64,000 nt of DNA from an uncultured cyanobacterium (GTDB taxonomy: Bacteria; Cyanobacteriota; Cyanobacteriia; Cyanobacteriales; CAWCAG01), in contig CAWDOD010000002.1 of assembly GCA_963803805.1 (NCBI GenBank), positions 128,001-192,000 of the forward strand, written 5' to 3'. Below the pieces are notes generated by a model. It saw only the letters and a list, made by a program, of their open reading frames with translations. It had not been told where the DNA came from and did no database searches. The translations under genes and the position numbers were made by a program. This document shows, one piece after another, positions 32,922 through 42,994 of the stretch; within the stretch, counting starts at the first letter, position 1, and every line of letters starts with the position of its first letter.

Positions 32922-33362
32922 ATGTCTTTAAAAATCAGATCAGCAATTGTTTCAGTAGCGATCGCCCTTTCTGTTGCTCCTGCGGTATATACTTTTGCTC
33001 AAACTTCAAGACCAAATCTGTCGCGATCGCAATATCGTGAAATCGAAGTTGCGACCTTTATCCAGCGCAACAATCTTAACGAAATAGATCCCTACTCCAT
33101 AGCCCAACAACTTTTCAAACGCCCCGAATCTCTTGAAGGAAGACAGCAAGAAGGAATTAAGATTAAGTATGGCAAAGACAATGCACCAACGGTTGTGGAG
33201 TATACAATTATTGGACTAGGGGATGATTCTGTCCGTGGCATACGCACTCGCCTAGAAATGGAATGGCAAGAGGATGGCTGGAAAATCCTTTGGGTTGGCG
33301 ATCAGTTTCAATGTCGGGAGGGGAGAGGACAGCAAGACTGGTCAGGAAAACTATGTTTGTGA
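32922..33362 (+). CDS. Hypothetical secreted protein
   Basis: Signal peptide (TFA-Q); DDSVRGIRTRLE..W....G.QFQCREGRGQQDWS..LC resembles a conserved cyanobacterial family. Confidence 0.75.
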   Translation: MSLKIRSAIVSVAIALSVAPAVYTFAQTSRPNLSRSQYREIEVATFIQRNNLNEIDPYSIAQQLFKRPESLEGRQQEGIKIKYGKDNAPTVVEYTIIGLGDDSVRGIRTRLEMEWQEDGWKILWVGDQFQCREGRGQQDWSGKLCL

Positions 33363-33363
33363 T

Positions 33364-33476
33364 CTACACATCCATCAAAATAATATCAGGTAATAATTGG
33401 GAAGTTAAGGCGATCGCTTCTTCCCCATTACTAGCTTCTCCAGCTATTTGTAAGTCTTCTTCTCAACTAAGGCAAT
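33364..33476 (-). pseudogene. NarL-type response-regulator receiver fragment
   Basis: Minus strand reads (CLS*)EEDLQIAGEASNGEEAIALTSQLLPDIILMDV*; no start, truncated. Confidence 0.75.
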
Positions 33477-33554
33477 GGGGGCAAACCATGATGGAGTAAA
33501 GGTTGGCAATCTACAAGTATCAGCCTAATGTCGTTACTTGTAGATCATTGGCAA

Positions 33555-33908
33555 CTATACCAAGGCTTTACAACGTGCAGCAGCAATCGCTTTTGCTAAA
33601 TCGGGAGGTCTAAGTTTGCTAGGGCGAGGAGAGTAGAGAATGCTTTGGCTTAAGTGCCAACCTATCTCTTGGCGACTCAGAATATTCAGTAAACTTTCAG
33701 TTGATAGTACCTGACCACGTTGGGCTAAAACGTAGGAATATTGGGTAGATTCCCAAGGTTGAGAAACAATTACGATCGGTGCATAAGCTTCAAAGAGAAA
33801 TTCTAAAAACTTAGTAAGTTTTTCTGGAGGTAAACGAGAATCACTCATAACATTACAAATGCCATTATGAGCGCAAATTGTGAAACTATTAGTTTGAATT
33901 GTTGTCAT
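33555..33908 (-). CDS. Hypothetical protein
   Basis: 117-aa ORF, purine-rich RBS-like AAGGAAG upstream; no recognised motif. Confidence 0.5.
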   Translation of the reverse strand: MTTIQTNSFTICAHNGICNVMSDSRLPPEKLTKFLEFLFEAYAPIVIVSQPWESTQYSYVLAQRGQVLSTESLLNILSRQEIGWHLSQSILYSPRPSKLRPPDLAKAIAAARCKALV

Positions 33909-33933
33909 CGGCTTCTTCCTTTTAATAAATACT

Positions 33934-34425
33934 ATGACCTACCTAATATGGAATTTGACTACAGAAGATGATCCAGTTGGAAGTTTGTATGATCCAGTTG
34001 GTCAAATGAAAATCTTAGGAGATAAAGGAATTATTATTGAAAATTGTACAAATCTGGATGCTTTCTTGGAGGCTTTCATTAAAGGAATTGAAGGTCTTAA
34101 ATTTAAGAAAACTATCACAGTTGATCCACTTATTGAACCTGATGACATTATTTTTAGTTATCAAGATAACGTACTTGAAATCCAATATGGTAAGCAAGAG
34201 GCAACCATTTTCAATAAATTGCAGTTTGTTGAAGAAGTCAAAAATGCAGTTAGGGAAATAATAGATATATTAGATGAATTGGCACTTACAGAAAAGAAAG
34301 CAAAGCGAAAACTTACTAGATTAAGAAATTTCTTAGACGAAGATTCCCTTACAACACTGTTTGCTGTTTCAATTGATAGTGCGATCGCAACAATTTTGTT
34401 TGACGTAACTCAGTTTGTGTTATAA
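33934..34425 (+). CDS. Hypothetical protein (AT-rich, acidic)
   Basis: 163-aa ORF; no recognised motif. Confidence 0.6.
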   Translation: MTYLIWNLTTEDDPVGSLYDPVGQMKILGDKGIIIENCTNLDAFLEAFIKGIEGLKFKKTITVDPLIEPDDIIFSYQDNVLEIQYGKQEATIFNKLQFVEEVKNAVREIIDILDELALTEKKAKRKLTRLRNFLDEDSLTTLFAVSIDSAIATILFDVTQFVL

Positions 34426-34581
34426 TTATCTCATTAAGTAAAAATCAGTTTCAACCAAAAATTTTCAGTAGGAGAGGGGCAGGGAGCTTTGCTGGTTAAT
34501 TAAAGGCACGGCAAACGTCCAACCTGCAAACAAATATCATTTTGAAAAAGCAGTACAATTTCTTTATACCTGACAGCTTCT

Positions 34582-35343
34582 CTAAGTAACTGGCTTGCCA
34601 AAAAGTATCAAGGATAAGAAAAAATCCACCAGAAAAATTGCGATCCAAGTATTCACAACTGCTGCTGTTGCTGCTTGCCCGACTTCCTTAACACCGCCGA
34701 AGGTAGTCAACCCCCAGCTACAACCAATAATTCCTACTAAAATTCCAAAAACTACCCCTTTGAGTAAAATGCTAACCAAATCAGTCGGAGTTAAAAAATC
34801 TTTGACAGAATTTAAAAATATGTTGGGGGCAAGCTGATAGAATCGGGCTGCGGCAAATATCCCCCCAGTAATACCTGTGACTAAAGCCACAATGGTAAGG
34901 ATTGGTAACATAACACAGCAGGCAACCACTCTTGGTAACACTAAATAATCAATTGGGTTTGTTTTAAGCATATAAAGGGCTTCAATTTGTTCTGTTACCT
35001 GCATAGCCCCAATCTCAGCAGCAAAGGCTGAACCCACTTGCCCAGCCACAATACTAGCGGTTAAAATAGGTGCTAGTTCTCGACAAAAAGCCAAAGCAAA
35101 AGCCCCTCCCACAGCATTCACTGCCCCAAATCTGGCTAACTCCCTGGCGGTTTGTACTGTAAAAATCATGCCCGCACAACCTGTTACTAATAAAACTGGT
35201 ATCAGGGAACCAGGGCCAGAAATAGTCATTTGTTCTAGAGTTAAGCGATAATTGAATTTCCCTCGCAACAAACGCAGCAAAACCTGCCCCATCAACAGCA
35301 CCGCCGCAAAGAATCTTACTAAGTTTGGTAGAGATTGGGGCAT
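34582..35343 (-). CDS. mlaE: MlaE-family lipid ABC transporter permease
   Basis: RELAPILTA...GSAFAAEIGAMQVTEQIEAL..P..YLV.PR, VGQAATAAVV. Confidence 0.9.
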   Translation of the reverse strand: MPQSLPNLVRFFAAVLLMGQVLLRLLRGKFNYRLTLEQMTISGPGSLIPVLLVTGCAGMIFTVQTARELARFGAVNAVGGAFALAFCRELAPILTASIVAGQVGSAFAAEIGAMQVTEQIEALYMLKTNPIDYLVLPRVVACCVMLPILTIVALVTGITGGIFAAARFYQLAPNIFLNSVKDFLTPTDLVSILLKGVVFGILVGIIGCSWGLTTFGGVKEVGQAATAAVVNTWIAIFLVDFFLSLILFGKPVT

Positions 35344-35381
35344 ATATTTATAGGTAATAAGTAACAGGTAATAGGTAATAG

Positions 35382-37244
35382 ATGGTTGATAATTCTCAAA
35401 TTGCGGCTGATGCTTTGCCGCCCCATAATATTGAGGCGGAGGAATCCATTATTGGTGGTATTTTGCTTGATCCCCAAGCTATGGGTCGAGTGGTAGATTT
35501 GTTAACTATTGAAGCTTTTTATATCAAAGCACACCAATACATTTATCAAGCAGCCCTTAGCCTCCACGGACAGGGAAAACCTGTGGATTTAATGACTGTG
35601 ACAAGTTGGTTAGAAGACCATAATTTGTTAGAGAAGGTGGGAGGGTCAGCCAAATTAGTGCAACTGTTAAGCCGTACTATTTCTGCTATTAACATCGACC
35701 TTTATAGTAATTTGGTGATGGATAAATATGTGCGTCGTCAGTTGATTACTGCGGGTCATGAGGTGGTGGATCTCGGTTATGATACAGCCCTGGAATTAGA
35801 CATTACTTTAGATCGGGCCGAACAAAAAATATTTGGACTGAGTCAAAAACGTCCACAACAAGGTCTAGTTCCCATTTCTGCTACCTTAGTTGAAGCTTTT
35901 AATAATATTGAAAATCTGCAACAAGAAGGGGGATTGCCAGGTTTAGATTGTGACTTTTATGATCTAGATGCTATGACTAGCGGCTTTCAGCGTTCTGATT
36001 TAATTATTCTTGCTGGTAGACCAAGTATGGGTAAGACAGCTTTAGGCTTAAATATTGCTGCTAATATTGCCAGAAAACATCGCTTACCTGTAGCAATTTT
36101 TAGCTTAGAAATGTCTAAAGAACAACTTTCCCAAAGACTTTTATCTAGTGAAGCCGAAGTTGCTAGTAATCGTTTACGTTCAGGCAATATTACTCAAACA
36201 GAATACGAACCCATTAGTTTGGCGATCGCCTCTCTTTCTGAGTTACCAATTTTTATCGATGACACTCCTAATATGACGGTGATGCAAATGCGTTCCCAGT
36301 CTCGTCGTCTTCAAGCGGAGCAGGGTGATAAGTTGGGTTTGGTATTATTAGATTACCTACAATTAATGGAGGGTAGTGGCAGCGATAACCGCGTACAAGA
36401 ATTATCTCGTATTACCCGCGCCCTGAAAACTTTAGCTAGGGAAGTTAATGCTCCAGTTATTGCTCTTTCTCAACTTAGTCGGGGAGTAGAATCCCGTAAC
36501 AACAAGCGCCCGATGATGTCAGATTTAAGGGAAAGTGGCTGTTTAAGTGGGGATACTTTAATAAGTTTAGCTGATAGCGAAAAGTCTGTACCGATTCAGG
36601 ATTTAAGGGGGAAATCAGATTTTCGAGTTTGGGCTTTAAATCCCATGACTATGAGGTTAGAAAAAGCTGTAGTTAGCCATAGTTTTGTTACTGGTATTAA
36701 GAGGGTTTTTCGTGTAACTACTAGTTTAGGGCGCACTATTAAAGCTACAGCTAATCACAAATTTTTAACGACAAAGGGTTGGCAAAGGTTAGATGAGTTG
36801 CGAAAGGGAGATAAATTAGCTTTACCTTTTGTGATTCCTAACTCCATAAAAAATAGCCAAACCAGTAAGCAATTAACTAGAACAAAATACAACAACTTTC
36901 CTACTTATTCTTGTCTTTTACCTTTGGTTTCTAGTTTGCCCCAACAAAGTGATGTGTATTGGGATGAAATCATTACTATTGAAATGGGTAAAACCGAAGC
37001 AGTATTCGATTTAACAGTACCGCAATTCCATAATTTTGTTGCTAATAATATTATTGTCCATAATTCTATTGAACAAGATGCAGATTTAGTAATTATGCTC
37101 TATCGCGACTCTTATTATAATCCTGACTCTCCTGAACGAGACTTGGCTGAAGTTATTATTGCCAAACATCGCAACGGCCCTACAGGAACAGTAAAGCTAC
37201 TTTTTCAACCAGAATTAACCAAATTTCTTAATGTTGCTAATTAG
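35382..37244 (+). CDS. dnaB: Replicative DNA helicase with intein
   Basis: PPHNIEAEE, AGRPSMGKT, DYLQL, LSQLSR, DLRESG|intein|SIEQDAD, AKHRNGPTG. Confidence 0.97.
   Translation: MVDNSQIAADALPPHNIEAEESIIGGILLDPQAMGRVVDLLTIEAFYIKAHQYIYQAALSLHGQGKPVDLMTVTSWLEDHNLLEKVGGSAKLVQLLSRTISAINIDLYSNLVMDKYVRRQLITAGHEVVDLGYDTALELDITLDRAEQKIFGLSQKRPQQGLVPISATLVEAFNNIENLQQEGGLPGLDCDFYDLDAMTSGFQRSDLIILAGRPSMGKTALGLNIAANIARKHRLPVAIFSLEMSKEQLSQRLLSSEAEVASNRLRSGNITQTEYEPISLAIASLSELPIFIDDTPNMTVMQMRSQSRRLQAEQGDKLGLVLLDYLQLMEGSGSDNRVQELSRITRALKTLAREVNAPVIALSQLSRGVESRNNKRPMMSDLRESGCLSGDTLISLADSEKSVPIQDLRGKSDFRVWALNPMTMRLEKAVVSHSFVTGIKRVFRVTTSLGRTIKATANHKFLTTKGWQRLDELRKGDKLALPFVIPNSIKNSQTSKQLTRTKYNNFPTYSCLLPLVSSLPQQSDVYWDEIITIEMGKTEAVFDLTVPQFHNFVANNIIVHNSIEQDADLVIMLYRDSYYNPDSPERDLAEVIIAKHRNGPTGTVKLLFQPELTKFLNVAN
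36540..37064 (+). mobile_element. DnaB mini-intein (175 aa, no homing endonuclease)
   Basis: Begins CLSGDT after ESG; block B TANHKF; ends VFDLTVPQFHNFVANNIIVHN followed by Ser. Confidence 0.93.
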
Positions 37245-37327
37245 TAATTTAGGAAATAGTCAAAAGTAAAAAGTCAATAGAAGAAAAAAGATAATTAGTA
37301 ACTAGCCATTAGCTATTAACGATAATC

Positions 37328-38083
37328 ATGAAATCTGTCCCTTTTATAAAAATAGATAATCAGACTTTAACCTTAAAACAAGTCGTTAGATTATCTCAAT
37401 CTTCGGGAGGATGGCAACGTTTTGTCCAGGAGGTTTTGCAACAATATATATTGGAAAATGAATTAGACTTAAGATTGTATATTACTGTAGAAGAAATTGA
37501 AGTTGAACAAGGCATTATTGACTTTCGTTTACAAAATCAATTAACAGATACAGAACAGTTTAATCGTTGGCTAACAAATAACAACCTCAACTATGAAAAC
37601 TTCAAAAACCGTATCAATTTTGCCCTCAAAGTAGAACAACTCAAAGCAGAAATCACTTCAACTAATTTAGAAGAATTTTTTCAAAAACAGCAACAAGATT
37701 TAAGCCAAGTAATTATTTCTCGTTTAATTCTCAACGACTATCAATTAGCTAAAGACCTTAAAGAAAAACTCAATTTAGATAGTAATCTTTTTTCTCAGCT
37801 AGCCAGGGAACATTCCCTAACTAATGATCAAAAAACTGATGGCAAAGTTGGTCCTGTCAGAATCAATCAATTACCAGAAAGCTTAAAAAATACTCTCCAT
37901 ACAGCCCAAGATGGAGATATAATTGGCCCCCTATCTTTAGAAGGGCGCTACTGTTTATTCCGTTTAGAAAAATTTATTCCTGCCACCTTAGAAGGACAGC
38001 TAAAAAAAGAATTACAAAATCAGTTATTTACTCAATGGATGCAGGAAAAGCTACAAAAAACCAACATTCAGCTAGAAAAATAA
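37328..38083 (+). CDS. PpiC/parvulin-type peptidyl-prolyl isomerase
   Basis: FSQLAREHSL...DGKVGPV....LP....L...GDIIGPL. Confidence 0.8.
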   Translation: MKSVPFIKIDNQTLTLKQVVRLSQSSGGWQRFVQEVLQQYILENELDLRLYITVEEIEVEQGIIDFRLQNQLTDTEQFNRWLTNNNLNYENFKNRINFALKVEQLKAEITSTNLEEFFQKQQQDLSQVIISRLILNDYQLAKDLKEKLNLDSNLFSQLAREHSLTNDQKTDGKVGPVRINQLPESLKNTLHTAQDGDIIGPLSLEGRYCLFRLEKFIPATLEGQLKKELQNQLFTQWMQEKLQKTNIQLEK

Positions 38084-38221
38084 TCCCATTAGTGGTGTGT
38101 CAATTTTAAATTTACGGGTAACTAGAAAATAGGCAAATGTTTGCTAAGGATTGAATAGTAGTAAGTACTAAGTACATTTTTGTCTTTCTACTAGCCACTA
38201 GCAGTTAGCGATTATCTCCCC

Positions 38222-39266
38222 CTACCCTTTATAAGCAAGGACACGATCCCGCCCTTGGGCTTTAGCTTCATAAAGAGCTTGATCTGCTGCTTTAATCAAT
38301 TCCTGGGGTGAAGTTTGGGTTGTAGGAGTCAAAGCAGCTACTCCTAAACTCAAAGAAACATACTTAAAAGGAGAAGCTTCATGAACAACACCCAAAGCTT
38401 TAACCTTGTCACAAATTTCTTCGGCCACTTTTAAAGCGCCGTTAATATCCGTATTAGGCAAAATCACCGCTAATTCCTCTCCACCATAGCGGGCAGCCAA
38501 ATCTGTAGCCCGCTTAGCTTCATTGGAAATAAGGCGAGCAACTTTTTGTAAACAATCATCCCCAGCTTGGTGTCCGTAGGTATCATTGTAGAGTTTAAAG
38601 AAGTCAATATCTCCTAAAACTAGAGCTAGTGGGAGTTTCTCCCTAGCCATGCGTCGCCACTCTTGGTTAATGTATTCGTCAAAACAACGGCGATTAGCTA
38701 CCTGAGTTAATCCGTCTAGAGTAGCTAATCGTTGTAGTTCTTGGTTCGCTACTTCTAGTTCTTTATAAAGACGAGATTGTTGAATCAATCTCCTCACCCT
38801 CTGGCGCAAGACCGGCCAGTGAATCGGTTTAGTGACAAAATCCGTTGCTCCCACCTCAAAAGCCCTATCTACGGATCTTCTCATCTTCCAAACCTGTAAT
38901 CATTAGTACAGGAGTCCGTTCAATAGAAGCAAGTAAGCTATCTGCTTGGTTCCAGAGAATGTGTTCTTCTTGACGAGCAAAAATTTCTTCAATTTTTTCT
39001 TTAGGCAGAGCGGAAAAATGCTTTTTAGATAAAGCTAACAAATGACTGCAACAAGTAAAGCCATCCATTACAGGCATCATGGCATCTAGCAGTACAATAT
39101 CTGGGGAAAATTTCTTATAAACCGCTAGACACTCTTGCCCATTAGCTGCCTCCACCACTTTATATCCTTCCTTTTCCATAACATGGCTAATGACCTGTCG
39201 CATAATTTTGTCATCATCTGCCACGAGAATAAGTGGTTGCACCGAATCAAGAGAAGAAGAGTTCAT
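38222..39266 (-). CDS. PleD-type REC-GGDEF diguanylate cyclase, frameshifted at ~38878
   Basis: ILVADDD, LLDAMMPVMDG, DFVTKP, DGLTQVANRR, RATD I-site, RYGGEEL; ATG overlaps the upstream TGA. Confidence 0.88.
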
Positions 39267-40018
39267 TGTAGATATTGACTTTTTTTCTGACTTAATGCCC
39301 TGTGAACTCGTTTGTATTCTGCTTCTAGTTTGCATACTAAGGCTGTTTCCAATACAGTGCCATTGTTAGCTACTTCTTCTACCTCAAGACACAGCTCGTT
39401 TATTTTTAAGGCTCCCAATATAGCACTGCTAGATTTTAAAGTATGGGCAGCATTTTCTAATTGAACTAAGTCACCTTCGGTAGCAGCTTTTTTAATATTG
39501 TTAATAAGTGAAGGTGCATCTGTTAGGTAGCTATCAATTACTTCTATGATGCCCTCAAAAGTATTATCTACCACCATTTCCATAAGGGTTTCCCAAGCTT
39601 GAGCATCAATTACCTGTATATTACTGTCCTCTGCTTCAGGTTCCGAGGTTTTTTGAGCCAACTGATATGTTTTTAGCACCTCGGCTAAGGTTTCCATTTT
39701 TACTGGCTTACAGATATAATCATCCATCCCTGCTTCTAAACACTCGTCCTTGTCTGCAACGGCAGAATTAGCTGTAACAGCAATAATTCGAGGACGAGTT
39801 TCAGCAGACCATTCTTGACAAATATGACGAGTTGCAGATATTCCATCCATTTGCGGCATTTGAATATCCATAAGTACTACATCATAATGTTGAGTGCGTA
39901 AAGCATCTAAAACTTCTAGCCCATTTACAGCTAAGTCAGCTTCATACCCTAGCCGTTTGAGCATTTTCAAGGCAACCTTTTGGTTAACGATATTGTCTTC
40001 TGCTAAGAGAATTTTCAA
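39263..40018 (-). CDS. Stand-alone REC + HPt phosphorelay protein
   Basis: ILLAEDN, LMDIQMPQMDG, KP; HPt AHTLKSSSAILGA; TTG start. Confidence 0.85.
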   Translation of the reverse strand: MKILLAEDNIVNQKVALKMLKRLGYEADLAVNGLEVLDALRTQHYDVVLMDIQMPQMDGISATRHICQEWSAETRPRIIAVTANSAVADKDECLEAGMDDYICKPVKMETLAEVLKTYQLAQKTSEPEAEDSNIQVIDAQAWETLMEMVVDNTFEGIIEVIDSYLTDAPSLINNIKKAATEGDLVQLENAAHTLKSSSAILGALKINELCLEVEEVANNGTVLETALVCKLEAEYKRVHRALSQKKSQYLQ

Positions 40019-40098
40019 GGGAGTTTTCTTCCTAGGTTCGCGTTACTCTACACAAAGATGGTTTTTATGCCAATTGTAAATTAGGATGGAAAATTCTC

Positions 40099-42358
40099 TT
40101 AGTCAACTTCGCTAACCCGGTAAAGGTTGAGAATATCACTCATTTGACGAATTTTTTGGCAGCAGTTCTCTAATTGTTGGCGATCGCGGACATCAATAAC
40201 CAAAGAAATCAAAGCTGGTTTACCATAGCTAGTTTTGACCTCAGCTTTGCGTACATTAACGTTTTGGTCACTTAAACGAGCTAGAATATCCTTTAATACC
40301 CCCACCCGGTCGATAACTTCAATTTGAATATTGACAGGATAGGTTTGAGGGCGTTCCTTACCATTACTAGGATTCCAACTAACTGGAACTAGACGTTCTC
40401 CCGGTGCATTCTCAACATTTTGGCAGCCTTGACGGTGAATTGAGATCCCTTTAGAACCGCGAGTTACTATACCAATAATAGATTCCCCTGGTAGAGGGTT
40501 ACAGCAGCCAGCAATATAATAAACCAAACCCTCAACCCCAGCAATAGGAGATTTGGATTTGGTTTTACCTTTGCTATTAGCTAAACTGCGTATTTTATAC
40601 TCGCTATTGGTTTCTGATTCGGGGAAGACTTGTTCAATTGCTTGTTGTGCCTTAACTTCCTCCCGTAGTTTGTTGACTGCTGAATTTAAGGTAATTTCTC
40701 CATAACCAAGGGCAGCTAGTAAATCTTCTACCCCTTGATAGTTGCAGCGTTCGGCGACAACTTGCATTGGTTCTGATTTTAAGGCTGCAGTTGAACCATT
40801 TTTACCTAATTCTTTTTCTAGTAATTCTCTGCCCCTAGCCACATTTTCCTCTCGATTAGAGCGTTTGTACCATTGACGGATGCGGTTACGGGCGCTGGGA
40901 GTGACGACGAAATTTAACCAATCGAGACTGGGGTGGCAGTTTTTCTGGGTAATAATTTCGACAATATCTCCATTTTGCAGTGCTGTATCTAAAACGCTCC
41001 AACGGCCATTAACCCTAGCTCCTTTCATACGATTACCTACTTCAGTGTGAATGCGATAGGCAAAATCTACTGGAGTTGCCCCTCTAGCTAAGGGAATGAC
41101 ATCTCCTTGGGGAGTAAAAACATAAACATCATCATCAAATAAATTGTCTTTAAGGCTATCTACATATTCTTGGTCATCTTTAAGTTCTTTTTGCCACTCC
41201 AATAGTTGCCGAAGCCAAGTAAATTTTTCTTCCTCGGTTTCCATTTTGATATTATTGGAACCACCGCTCTCTTTATATTTCCAGTGTGCAGCGATACCAT
41301 ATTCAGCGATATGGTGCATTTCTAGGGTACGGATCTGCACTTCTAAAGGACGACCACTTGAACCGACGACAGAGGTGTGTAGAGATTGATAGCGATTAGG
41401 TTTAGGCAAACCAATATAATCTTTAAATCTGCCGGGAATTGGTTTAAAAGAGTCGTGAACTATAGCCAGGGAACGATAACAACTTTCTTTACTCTCGACA
41501 ATAATTCTTAGAGCTGAAATATCATAAATTTCGTTAAATTCTTTTTGCTGTCGCTCCATCTTTTGGTAAATACTGTATAGATGTTTGGGGCGGACCCTTA
41601 ATTTCCCAGACGTTAATACTGATTTCCCGCAAACGTTGACGCAACTGTTCTATTGCTTGTTCAATTCTGACTTCCCTATCAACTCTTCTTTCACAAACTA
41701 AGTCCTGGATTTCTCTATAGGCTTCCGGTTCTAAATATTTAAAGCATAAATCTTCTAATTCCCATTTGAAACGCCCAATACCTAAACGATTGGCTAAAGG
41801 AGCAAAAATTTCCCTGGTTTCTGTGGCAATACGTTTTTGCTTTTCGGGGTTTAAATGTTCTAAGGTTCGCATATTATGGAGGCGGTCTGCTAATTTAACC
41901 ACAATGACCCGAATATCTTTGGTCATAGCCATGAACATACGACGGAAGTTTTCGGCTTGACGCTCGGTTTTGCTAGAAAATTGGAACTTAGATAATTTAG
42001 TGACTCCTTCTACTAAGTTCCTAACTTGAAGGCCAAAACGCTCTTCTATTTCTGCTAAGGTAACTTCTGTATCTTCCACCACGTCGTGGAGAAAACCTGC
42101 CGCAATCATTTCACTATCTCCCCCCAAATCTCGCAGCAAACCTGCTACAGCTACAGGATGAGCAATATAAGCTTCTCCTGATTTGCGATACTGTCCTTTG
42201 TGGAGTTGATAGGCAAATTCAAAAGCGCGACAAATAAGGTTAGTATCTTCGCGATCTGACTCTGAAGAATGATAGTTCAGCAAACATTGGTTAAGCCAAT
42301 CAGGAAGTTCAACATCAATATCAACAGGGGTTGTAGTAGTTAGGGTTGTTGCATTCAT
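40099..42358 (-). CDS. relA: Bifunctional (p)ppGpp synthetase/hydrolase Rel, frameshifted at ~41592
   Basis: LHDVVEDT, KLADRLHNMRTL, (GRPKHLYSI), YQSLHT, EVQIRT, TGS and ACT domains. Confidence 0.92.
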
Positions 42359-42604
42359 AGGAGTTAATGAATTTTTGAGGGTACGAGTTATTTAGATAGG
42401 GAGAAAGCTTATAGATTAAAGTAATCTTTTATTGGTGATCAGAGAATTTTTCTGCTGATTTGCTTAAGGCTTTTAATTATAGGTGGGATAAAAACTCTCT
42501 CTAGGGAAGACGTTGCTCTTGTTGCAAACTGAAAATTTGCAAATCCATTAAGAGTGATAAAAAGGCAATACTATAGATATAAATTTTAACTTAAAATACT
42601 ATCA

Positions 42605-42964
42605 ATGTTACCTCAAGCTTATAGTCAAGCCTATCAAAACTTATTGGCAGCTTTAGAAGACCTAAAGCATATTACGGTTAACCCTAATTTTGAATCTACC
42701 TCTGTGAAGAAAAGCTTTCAACAACTACAGAGGATTTATGAGACGGAAATTCTTATTTTAAATAAAGAAGCATTGGCTCTAAAGCTCGCACCTCGCCAGC
42801 AAGCTATACAAACAGAAATCCACCGAGCATTTAAACTAATGGCAATGGATATAATGTTTTTAGCTTCTTCTAAGCAAACAAAAACCTCCGAATCGAGATT
42901 GGCTAACTTAGGGGAGCGTATCTCTCAGCTTATTGGTTATTGCCAGATTTTGCTAACAGCTTAA
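42605..42964 (+). CDS. patD: PatD-family protein (heterocyst frequency control protein homologue)
   Basis: QTEIHRAFKLMAMDIMFL.SS...R...L..RI.QLIGYC pattern; divergent from rel. Confidence 0.65.
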   Translation: MLPQAYSQAYQNLLAALEDLKHITVNPNFESTSVKKSFQQLQRIYETEILILNKEALALKLAPRQQAIQTEIHRAFKLMAMDIMFLASSKQTKTSESRLANLGERISQLIGYCQILLTA

Positions 42965-42994
42965 GAATTATCAATTGTCAATTATCAATTATCA

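Noticed and set aside
34505..34532. GGCACGGCAAAC resembling the start of a c-di-GMP-I riboswitch
   Set aside because: Lacks the GAAA-capped stem, the GCAAAGC/P2 segment and a downstream same-strand gene
37328..38083. PPIase as part of a bacteriocin/type I secretion cluster
   Set aside because: No peptidase-ABC transporter, HlyD or precursor genes nearby
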